From positions 308-64,307 of the forward strand of contig JAWKKL010000013.1 in assembly GCA_041393275.1 (NCBI GenBank): 64,000 nt of DNA, given 5' to 3'. Shown one piece after another: positions 53,072 through 61,433 of the stretch. The stretch is from Bacteroidales bacterium. Its GTDB lineage: Bacteria > Bacteroidota > Bacteroidia > Bacteroidales > JAADJA01. The notes beneath the pieces were generated by a model, which was not told where the DNA came from, searched no databases, and saw only the letters and a list, made by a program, of their open reading frames with translations. Each line of letters starts with the position of its first letter. The first letter of the stretch is position 1. The translations under genes and the position numbers were made by a program.

Positions 53072-54853
53072 ATGGAGGACAACACGCCCATAGGAAGATT
53101 TATAAACTGGCGGTCAAAACATATGAACGACCGATACTTTATCATCATCCTGAGCGCCATCATCGGGTTCCTTTCAGGTATTGCAGCATACCTGCTCAAG
53201 TCTTCTGTTTTTTATATTGAATATTTTTTAACATCAAATTTTCAAACCCAGGAACAAAATTACTGGTATGTTCTCTACCCCGCCATTGGGGTTTTTTTAA
53301 CGGTTATTTTTATAAAATATATAATTAAAGATGAAACACGTCATGGTATACCCTGGATTTTGTACGTAATATCCAAGCTTGGCGGAAAAATGAAACAACA
53401 TAAGATTTTTTCATCTTTGTTTGGAAGCTCCCTTACTGCCGGGTTTGGAGGGTCTATCGGGCTTGAGGCTCCCATTATTTCAGCAGGCTCTTCACTGGGG
53501 TCATCACTTGGCCAGTTACTTCGCCTCGACTATAAAACAACCATTTTGTTGATCGGTTGTGGTGCGGCAGGTGCAATGGCATCTATTTTTACTACGCCCA
53601 TCGCTGCCGTTATTTTTAGCCTTGAAGTGTTAATGCTTGATCTGACAATTTCAAGTATAATACCCTTGTTGATGGCCTCTGCTACAGGAGCCATCACAAC
53701 AAAACTGTTGCTTGCCGAAAAATTCCTTGTGCATTTTAATATCAGCGAACCTTTTATAGTTTCCGACGTCCCTTTCTTTTTGTTATTAGGTATATTTACC
53801 GGCCTTGTATCATTATATTTCAACAAAGCCACCCATTTCATCACAAACCGGATGGAAGCCATTCAACATTCCACTATTCGGAGTTTGGTTGGGGTTACTG
53901 CCCTCGGCATCCTGATCTTTTTATTTCCCCCACTTTATGGAGAGGGATATGATGCTATCAGGATGATCATTTCAGGAGATTCGATCAATTTGCTGGACAA
54001 CAGTTTTTTCTATGAATTCCGTGATAATGCCTGGTTTTTTGCAGGCTTCCTGATTTTCATTATTATGTTTAAAGTGGTGGCTACAACACTAACAATTGAA
54101 AGTGGCGGAATCGGAGGAATTTTTGCACCAAGTGCCGTTACAGGAGGATTTATAGGGTTTGTATTCGCCCGCGTGTTTAACGACTTTGGTTTTTCAAAGC
54201 ACCTGTCCGAAAGTAATTTCACCCTTGTGGGTATGGCCGGTGTTTTAGGGGCGGTATTGCATGCCCCACTTACCGCCATCTTTCTTATAGCAGAAATGAC
54301 CAATGGATATGAATTGATGGTACCGCTGATGCTCACCTCCACCGTTTCTTTTGTTACCATAAAAACCTTCGACCCGCATTCAATTTTTACCAAAAAACTG
54401 GCCGAACGCGGAGAATTGCTGACACACCATAAAGACCAGGTTGTGCTGACGTTATTAAATATCAAAGATGTCATTGATAAGGACATTAAAACTATTTCAC
54501 CTGATGCTACCCTGGGCGACCTTACCCGGGTGATCGCAAAATCGAATAGAAATTTGTTTCCTGTGGTAGATAAAAACAAAGAATTCAAAGGCCTGGTCAT
54601 CCTTGATGATGTTAGAGAAGATATGTTTAACCACGACAAATATGGAATTTCAATCACCCGATATATTTTAAAACCTTCAGCCAAAGAAATAGTTTCTGTT
54701 AACGATTCGATGGATATCGTTATGGAAAAATTTAAACGTACAGGACATTTTAACCTGGTGGTATTGAACAAAGGAAAATATGTCGGATTTGTGTCGCGGG
54801 CCAATGTATTTAATGCCTACCGGCAAACATTGATTGATGTTTCGCATGAGTAA
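53072..54853 (+). CDS. ClC family chloride channel/antiporter with CBS pair
   Basis: HGIP, GGSIGLEAP, GGIFAPS and APLTAIFLIAE motifs; C-terminal CBS domains. Confidence 0.93.
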   Translation: MEDNTPIGRFINWRSKHMNDRYFIIILSAIIGFLSGIAAYLLKSSVFYIEYFLTSNFQTQEQNYWYVLYPAIGVFLTVIFIKYIIKDETRHGIPWILYVISKLGGKMKQHKIFSSLFGSSLTAGFGGSIGLEAPIISAGSSLGSSLGQLLRLDYKTTILLIGCGAAGAMASIFTTPIAAVIFSLEVLMLDLTISSIIPLLMASATGAITTKLLLAEKFLVHFNISEPFIVSDVPFFLLLGIFTGLVSLYFNKATHFITNRMEAIQHSTIRSLVGVTALGILIFLFPPLYGEGYDAIRMIISGDSINLLDNSFFYEFRDNAWFFAGFLIFIIMFKVVATTLTIESGGIGGIFAPSAVTGGFIGFVFARVFNDFGFSKHLSESNFTLVGMAGVLGAVLHAPLTAIFLIAEMTNGYELMVPLMLTSTVSFVTIKTFDPHSIFTKKLAERGELLTHHKDQVVLTLLNIKDVIDKDIKTISPDATLGDLTRVIAKSNRNLFPVVDKNKEFKGLVILDDVREDMFNHDKYGISITRYILKPSAKEIVSVNDSMDIVMEKFKRTGHFNLVVLNKGKYVGFVSRANVFNAYRQTLIDVSHE

Positions 54854-54888
54854 ATTCCACCGCTAATCGCCTTAAAAAGTAAATAAAA

Positions 54889-55416
54889 ATGAATTTCTTA
54901 GAATTAGCAAAAAACAGGTATTCGGTCAGAAATTATAAACCTGATCAGGTGAGTGATGACGATTTGATGTATGTTCTTGAAGCCGGCAGAATTGCCCCTT
55001 CGGCGGTCAATTACCAGCCCTGGAAATTTTTAGTTGTCAGGGAAAAAGAAAACCTTAAAACGTTATATTCATTTTATCATCGTGAATGGTTTCGTGAAGC
55101 CCCGGTTGTCATTCTCATGTTAGCTGATCACAGCCAGTCATGGAAACGGGCCGACGGAAAAGACCATGCCGACATTGACGCAGCCATAGCAGCCGACCAT
55201 ATGACCCTTGCCGCCACCGACCGTGGTTTGGGAACTTGTTGGGTATGCAATTTCGATAAAGAAAAAACCATTGCCTGCTTAAATTTACCCGATCATCTTG
55301 AACCCGTCGTCTTTCTTCCGCTCGGATATCCTGCATCTTCAGCGGATATTGATCGTCATAAAAGCAAAAGAAAATCAATTGATGAGATTATTTTCTGGGA
55401 AAATTTACCCGATTAG
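54889..55416 (+). CDS. Nitroreductase family protein
   Basis: RYSVRNY, APSAVNYQPW, GLGTCW and RKS motifs. Confidence 0.93.
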   Translation: MNFLELAKNRYSVRNYKPDQVSDDDLMYVLEAGRIAPSAVNYQPWKFLVVREKENLKTLYSFYHREWFREAPVVILMLADHSQSWKRADGKDHADIDAAIAADHMTLAATDRGLGTCWVCNFDKEKTIACLNLPDHLEPVVFLPLGYPASSADIDRHKSKRKSIDEIIFWENLPD

Positions 55417-55530
55417 CTTTTATTAAATCACCTATTGTTAACATAAAAACCACTAATTTTACCGCTTGTTTTGAATGATCATTTCTTGCTTACTCGAAAC
55501 AGGACTCAGATTAATTAAATTGCATTTATT

Positions 55531-56112
55531 ATGCGTATTAAACAGGCAATTCAGGAATCGATTGATGTAAAACAACAGATATTATTGAATCAGGAACTTC
55601 AGGATACAATCCTTGAAATAGCCAAAACTTGTGTCGCTTCATTTCATCGTAAAGGCACGGTATTATTTTGCGGAAACGGTGGAAGTGCTGCCGATGCCCA
55701 GCACCTGGCGGCCGAACTTTCAGGCCGGTTTTACTTTGATCGTGAGCCGCTTGATGCCGAAGCCCTTCATGTAAATACATCTTATCTGACTGCCGTGGCA
55801 AATGACTATTCTTACGATGATATTTTTTCAAGATTAGTAAAAGCCAAAGGGCAAAAAGGCGATGTGTTGATTGGGTTATCTACCTCGGGAAATTCGCCAA
55901 ACATAATAAAAGCCTTTGAAACAGCCAGGAACCTTGGGGTTATCACCATTGGCTTAACCGGAGAAAGGGGCGGTAAAATGAACAAGCTGTCCGATTTAAT
56001 TGTTCGCATACCATCAACAGATACGCCCAGGATACAGGAAGCGCACATTCTTGTGGGGCATATTATCTGTGAATTGATCGAAAGCGAAATGTTCAATAAA
56101 AAACAAGCGTAA
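55531..56112 (+). CDS. gmhA: Sedoheptulose-7-phosphate isomerase
   Basis: CGNGGSAADAQH, ANDY, STSGNS and RIQEAH motifs. Confidence 0.96.
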   Translation: MRIKQAIQESIDVKQQILLNQELQDTILEIAKTCVASFHRKGTVLFCGNGGSAADAQHLAAELSGRFYFDREPLDAEALHVNTSYLTAVANDYSYDDIFSRLVKAKGQKGDVLIGLSTSGNSPNIIKAFETARNLGVITIGLTGERGGKMNKLSDLIVRIPSTDTPRIQEAHILVGHIICELIESEMFNKKQA

Positions 56113-56116
56113 TTTT

Positions 56117-56827
56117 ATGTATACACAGGAAGCAATTATTCTTGCAGGGGGCTTGGGTACCCGGCTTAAAGAGATTGTTTCTGAGGTCCCGAAAGTGATG
56201 GCCCCGGTCAATGGCAGGCCATTCCTCGAATATGTCCTCGATTATCTTGAGCATTACATGATTGAAAAAGTGGTGTTATCGGTTGGATATAAACATGAAA
56301 TCATTAAAGAACATTTTGGATTCGAGTACAAATCCATAACTATTAAATATGCCATTGAGGATGAACCGCTGGGAACGGGAGGCGCTATAAAAAAAGCATT
56401 TGAATTTATTAACGATAACAAAGCATTTGTTTTTAACGGGGATACCATGTTCCGTATCAACCTTGTAAAACATTACGATTTTCATTTATCAAAACAAACC
56501 GACTTTTCGTTGGTTTTGCGCCAGGTGAACAATGTTCAGCGATACGGGGCCGTTGAATATGATGATGATAAAAAAATAACCAGTTTCCTGGAAAAAGGTG
56601 AAAAGTTTGGCGATGGTTATATAAATGGCGGCGTTTACCTTATCCATAAACGATTTTTCAACCAGCATCAATGGCCCGAAAAGTTTTCGATTGAAAAAGA
56701 CTGTTTGGAAAAAATGGTAAATACATATTCGTTTTACGGAATGGTTTGTAAACAATATTTTCTGGACATCGGAATACCGGAAGATTATAACAGAGCACAA
56801 GATGAGTTTAAAGAGTTTGCCTATTGA
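56117..56827 (+). CDS. hddC: Heptose-1-phosphate guanylyltransferase
   Basis: LAGGLGTRL, PK, EPLGTGG, NGD and FLDIGIPEDY motifs; lies between gmhA and gmhB. Confidence 0.82.
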   Translation: MYTQEAIILAGGLGTRLKEIVSEVPKVMAPVNGRPFLEYVLDYLEHYMIEKVVLSVGYKHEIIKEHFGFEYKSITIKYAIEDEPLGTGGAIKKAFEFINDNKAFVFNGDTMFRINLVKHYDFHLSKQTDFSLVLRQVNNVQRYGAVEYDDDKKITSFLEKGEKFGDGYINGGVYLIHKRFFNQHQWPEKFSIEKDCLEKMVNTYSFYGMVCKQYFLDIGIPEDYNRAQDEFKEFAY

Positions 56828-57371
56828 TAAAACCTGGACCTTGTTTTTAGACCGCGATGGTGTGATCAACAAAAAACTACCGGGCGATTATGTAAAAAAA
56901 TGGGAAGAATTTGAATTCCTGCCCGGAGCCGTTGAAGCCATAAGAAACTTTACCGGCCTATTTGGCCATATTTTCGTTGTTACCAATCAGCAAGGCATAG
57001 GCAAAGGCATAATGAATGAAATTGACCTGGAAATCATCCATAATAAACTTGAGGAGGAAATTAGGTATGAAGGGGGCCGGATCACTAAAATTTATCACTC
57101 CCCTTACCGGGCTGAAGAAAAAAGTGTTTTCCGAAAACCCAATCCTGGCATGGCCCGAAAAGCTAAAATAGATTTTCCGGAAATTGATTTTGAAAAAAGC
57201 CTTATGGTTGGGGATTCAATTTCGGATATGCAGTTTGGGAAAAATACCGGGATGTATACTTTATTTATAGCCAAAAATAACTTAGAATTTGAAGAACATA
57301 GTGACATCATCGATTTTGTTTACCCAACCCTAAAATCAATTTCCGATGAGCTTATGAAAAACTTAAAATAA
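56802..57371 (+). CDS. gmhB: Heptose-1,7-bisphosphate phosphatase (HAD-IIIA)
   Basis: FLDRDGVIN, TNQQG, RKPNPGM and VGDSISD motifs. Confidence 0.9.
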   Translation: MSLKSLPIDKTWTLFLDRDGVINKKLPGDYVKKWEEFEFLPGAVEAIRNFTGLFGHIFVVTNQQGIGKGIMNEIDLEIIHNKLEEEIRYEGGRITKIYHSPYRAEEKSVFRKPNPGMARKAKIDFPEIDFEKSLMVGDSISDMQFGKNTGMYTLFIAKNNLEFEEHSDIIDFVYPTLKSISDELMKNLK

Positions 57372-57381
57372 CGGCCATCGC

Positions 57382-58827
57382 GTGACACCACTATCCATAT
57401 TTATTGTTTTTATTGCGTATACCGCATTGCTGTTTATAATTTCCTGGTTTACTTCCCGAAAAGCTACCAACAAAACCTTTTTTATCGGCAATAAACAATC
57501 ACCGTGGTTTGTGGTGGCCTATGGCATGGTTGGGGCTTCTTTGTCAGGGGTTACCTTTATTTCAGTCCCGGGCTGGGTGGGCGATACCCAGTTTTCGTAT
57601 ATGATGGTGGTGATTGGTTATTTGTTTGGCTACTTTGTTATTGCAAAAATATTACTGCCCCTGTATTACAAATTAAACCTGACATCCATTTATTCGTACC
57701 TCGAAGGCCGTTTTGGTTTCTGGTCGTACAAAACCGGGGCTTTTTATTTTCTTGTTTCCCGGATTATCGGGGCTTCTTTTAGAATGTTCCTCGTGGTAAA
57801 TGTGTTACAGCTTTTTATTTTCGATGCCTGGAATATACCATTTGGCGTTACCATCGCCTTGTTTATTTTTCTGATTTGGTTATACACCTTTAAAGGCGGT
57901 ATAAAAACCATCGTCTGGACGGATATGCTTCAGACGACCTTTATGCTGCTTGCAGTTGGCATTTCCGTTTATCTTGTTTCGAAAGGATTAAATATTAGTT
58001 TAAAAGAACTGGTTTCGACAGTATCTCAGAGTGATTATTCTGACATAATTGTGAGTGATTGGCAAAGCCGAAGGTTTTGGCTAAAACAGCTTCTGAGTGG
58101 TGCATTTATTGCCATCGTAATGACCGGCCTCGACCAGGACATGATGCAAAAAAACCTCAGTTGCCGCAATGTAAAAGACGCACAAAAAAATATCATTTCC
58201 TTAAGCTGGATTTTGGTCCCGGTGAATTTGTTGTTTTTGTTTTTGGGAGCTTCCCTGTTTATCTATGCCCAACAAAAAGGGATACAAATTCCTGAACTTA
58301 CTGACAATCTTTTCCCTACAATTGCAATAGAGCATTTAGGCGTTTTTGCAGGATTAACGTTTATCATCGGATTGATCGCGGCTGCTTATTCAAGTGCAGA
58401 TAGCGCCCTGACAGCATTGACCACCTCTTTTAGTGTGGATTTTTTAGGAATTGAAAACAAACCCGAAAAAAGTGAAAAACAGCAGATCAAATCAAGAACG
58501 ATTGTACATATAGGAATTTCATTAACTGTACTTTTAGTTATCCTTGTTTTCAGGGCGATCAACGACCAGGCAGTCATATCGAAATTATTCACTATTGCCG
58601 GTTATACCTATGGGCCCTTGCTTGGAATGTATGCTTTTGGGCTTTTTACGAAGTTTCGTGTTAAGGACAAATGGGTTCCATTTGTTGCCTTTCTTTCCCC
58701 TACTTTATGCTACATTTTAAGCATTTAGTCCTCCGAGCTGTTCAATGGTTATAAATTTGGTTTTGAGATGTTGATTGTTAATGGAATTCTGACTTTTTTG
58801 GGATTGGTGGTTATCCGAAAGTATTGA
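57382..58827 (+). CDS. Sodium:solute symporter; in-frame TAG at 58726-58728
   Basis: SLSGVTFISVPG, KTIVWTD and GLDQDMMQK motifs. The frame continues past the TAG as SSELFNGYKFGFEMLIVNG, the expected last TM helix. Confidence 0.9.
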
Positions 58828-58836
58828 TAATATAAT

Positions 58837-61392
58837 CTATTTGTTTTTTCGAATGATCTTCTTACCTGCAATTTTTTCTCCATTCAAAGAAATGGAGATC
58901 ATGTATGTTCCTGAAGGAACGGAATTTCCAGCATCATCATTCCCCTCCCAGGTCATGGTAAATTTACCGGGCGATAAGTGGGCATTCATTAAATTTTTTA
59001 TTGGATTGCCCGCCATGTCAAAAATGATTGCCTGTACATTGCTCTTTTTTTTAAGTTCGAATGAGATAAAGGTATGGGCGTAACAAGGATTGGGGAAAAC
59101 ATCAATCTTGGTTTCCAATATGTTTTGCCGAAAAAGTTCCCTGATCCTGGTGGATGTATCCTGAAATTCATAGGCACCCATATCTATCCTGCCATTGACA
59201 AATCTTGGGTTTCCTGCTATATCAGTTGGCGGGAGATGGAGAGTGTCCCCATCAATTTTATACAGGACTATTTGTTCATTTTCGACTTTAATATATGGAA
59301 AATCTATCCCCTCCTCATACAAAGGTACCCCGGCATCAATACAGGGTGAATTCCAATACAACGAATAGGGATTATCAGAAAGTGAATCCCACAAAGGATT
59401 TGTTTCAATGTTACCATCAAGCCAGTTAAGGATATTTTGGTTATACCAGTTTTGTACATTTGATTCACCCCCCTCAATATTTGAATAACTGACATTGGCT
59501 GTGGTTATATAACTTGAAGGGCCAGAGGATCCCAACGATAATTCATAAATAGAATCACCATAAAATATCGAATTGTAAATATCCAGTTTTGAATCACCAC
59601 TAACACGTATAGCCACTCCAGCAATATCATTCTCGGTTACATTGCCATTTACTGTTGCATTAACAAGGGTCACCTCTGTATTATGACCAATCCCTAATCC
59701 CGAATGAGCACCTGTATAGCCCCAGTTTGGGTCAAGAAATCTTCTATTATTTGATAGTAGTAAATTTATAATTTCACCCTTCATACTTTCAGGTGTTTCT
59801 TCGTCCCCACTAATTACAAGGCCACCCCCCATACCGGTATCAGGGTCAGCATCTGGACCGTTGTTACTAATAACGCAATTTTCAAGACTAAATGTTCTAT
59901 TAACTTCATCATTATTACTTATCTGAAAACAGATACCACCTTGTAAATTAATAATTGAAATAGTTTTAATCTTTAAATTTGATGTATTAAATACAAAAAC
60001 TCCTGGATAAGAAGAGCTTATACAATTGCGAATTTCAATATTTTTAAAAGAAATATTATTACACCACTTTATATATAATCCACCTATATTAGAAATAGTA
60101 TATTGATTACCATATCCTTCCATCATGGTAACTTTCTGTAAACTAAAATTTTTTGTAAAGCCATATCCTCTCAGTATATAGGTCAGGGAATCAAGGTCAA
60201 ATATAGTGCTGTCTTTATGCGTTCCGATCAATGATACATAATTTCGAGGATTTAATGGGAATTTCTCATTATTTGTATGAGAAGAATAAATCCCGTTACT
60301 TAAATAGATCTTTTTGGGTTCAGTACTATCCGGTTGGATAAGTTTGTGCGCATAAGCAATTGTCTTAAGTGCTGTAGCGGGTGACAACCCATCACCGGCA
60401 TCATTGCCCTCTATCGGGTTCACATATAAATCTGCATTTACAGGATTAATTTTCGAATGTAAGATATCCAGTTCAATATCATCAACAGGCAGTTCATACT
60501 CGTCAACCGAAAAAAAGAAATGATAATCGGGGTTTAAGACAGTGAACGTATCGACTATAATCTCTTGTGACGGGGCATAATTAGTTTTAAAAAAGTCGGA
60601 TCCATATCCAGAATAATTCAGGTAAATATTGCAACGGTCTATCGGGTCAAAAATCACGGATGATCCATACCCGCAATTTATCCCACCTCCGGCAATAAGC
60701 GCATAATTATATCTGATGGTTGCCCCTGAGATATTTACGGTTGAAGACTGGCAATAAAAACCACCACCACCATCACACATATTGTTCTGGATAATACAAT
60801 GTGAAATATGTGGTTCAGCATTTATAATATATAAGCCGCCTCCCCCGCCATTTGAGTATCCACTGCCATTTTCTATGGTAAATCCTGTTATTTTTATATC
60901 GGCATTGTTGGTATTACGTATGGCTATACAACTTCCATTCTGATTTCCGTCAATTACAGTATTGTTTATATATGATTCATCAAAAGTAATAAGGTAAAGA
61001 CTTGCAATGGTGATGTCAATCTGACTGGAATTGATATCAAGGTTTTCGAAATAAGTACCCGGGTAAACCAGTATGGTGTCGCTATTGTTGGCATTTTCAT
61101 AAGCTGTTTGTACGGAAGTGTAATCACCGCCGCCATCATGTTTTACGGTTATTATTGTGGCAATCACTGGATTTGCAATCAAAAACAAAATAATACCAAA
61201 AAGACTGGATTTAAAAGAATTAATGATGGCCAGGCAACATGCCCTTATTAAATAATGTGAGATTGATCTGCGCAATATTTTAAATTTAAGATATGCACAA
61301 TTTAAACTACAGATTGCTCCGCTCATTCTTAAATTTCGACCCTTGGGCTCGCAATGACGTTTCGATGGCTCCTTTTGCTGGTTTATTAACAT
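58837..61392 (-). CDS. Secreted parallel beta-helix protein with choice-of-anchor-Q-like segment and FlgD-Ig/T9SS-like CTD; palindromic insert in the signal peptide
   Basis: ITVKHDGGGDY..PGTYFEN, GGG-rich repeats, SPCIDAG...RIDMGAYE and FPNP...WEGNDDAG. The ORF-track TTG start lies within a TAATTTTG -7 element (61423-30), so ATG 61392 is preferred. Confidence 0.85.
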   Translation of the reverse strand: MLINQQKEPSKRHCEPKGRNLRMSGAICSLNCAYLKFKILRRSISHYLIRACCLAIINSFKSSLFGIILFLIANPVIATIITVKHDGGGDYTSVQTAYENANNSDTILVYPGTYFENLDINSSQIDITIASLYLITFDESYINNTVIDGNQNGSCIAIRNTNNADIKITGFTIENGSGYSNGGGGGLYIINAEPHISHCIIQNNMCDGGGGFYCQSSTVNISGATIRYNYALIAGGGINCGYGSSVIFDPIDRCNIYLNYSGYGSDFFKTNYAPSQEIIVDTFTVLNPDYHFFFSVDEYELPVDDIELDILHSKINPVNADLYVNPIEGNDAGDGLSPATALKTIAYAHKLIQPDSTEPKKIYLSNGIYSSHTNNEKFPLNPRNYVSLIGTHKDSTIFDLDSLTYILRGYGFTKNFSLQKVTMMEGYGNQYTISNIGGLYIKWCNNISFKNIEIRNCISSSYPGVFVFNTSNLKIKTISIINLQGGICFQISNNDEVNRTFSLENCVISNNGPDADPDTGMGGGLVISGDEETPESMKGEIINLLLSNNRRFLDPNWGYTGAHSGLGIGHNTEVTLVNATVNGNVTENDIAGVAIRVSGDSKLDIYNSIFYGDSIYELSLGSSGPSSYITTANVSYSNIEGGESNVQNWYNQNILNWLDGNIETNPLWDSLSDNPYSLYWNSPCIDAGVPLYEEGIDFPYIKVENEQIVLYKIDGDTLHLPPTDIAGNPRFVNGRIDMGAYEFQDTSTRIRELFRQNILETKIDVFPNPCYAHTFISFELKKKSNVQAIIFDMAGNPIKNLMNAHLSPGKFTMTWEGNDDAGNSVPSGTYMISISLNGEKIAGKKIIRKNK
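61223..61359. repeat. Nested palindromic element, copy 2 (one half degenerate), in frame within the CDS
   Basis: AGATTGCTCCG (61311-21) and CTCGCAATGACG (61348-59) match the arms of copy 1. Central hairpin ATCTG..TGCGCAATAT/ATATGCACA..CAGAT. The distal arm has decayed. Confidence 0.7.
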
Positions 61393-61433
61393 ACGATAGC
61401 GGCAATGTAATTTTATTAAATGCAAAATTATAT

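Noticed and set aside
54010..54804. 264-aa antisense ORF
   Set aside because: It is a shadow of the ClC gene with no motifs. The other antisense and overlapping short ORFs in the track (e.g. 21519-21989, 18814-19275, 6745-7197) were rejected for the same reason.
53072..54853. Fluoride-specific CLC-F with a riboswitch
   Set aside because: The GNNLI and GREGT signatures are absent and no fluoride riboswitch motif was recognised upstream.
12297..58728. Stop-codon reassignment (TAG read as an amino acid), suggested by two in-frame TAGs
   Set aside because: TAG ends sco (26021), fecR (16049), the DUF6787-like gene (14324) and nitroreductase (55416) at expected lengths. One internal stop is TAA, and the window has many other errors.
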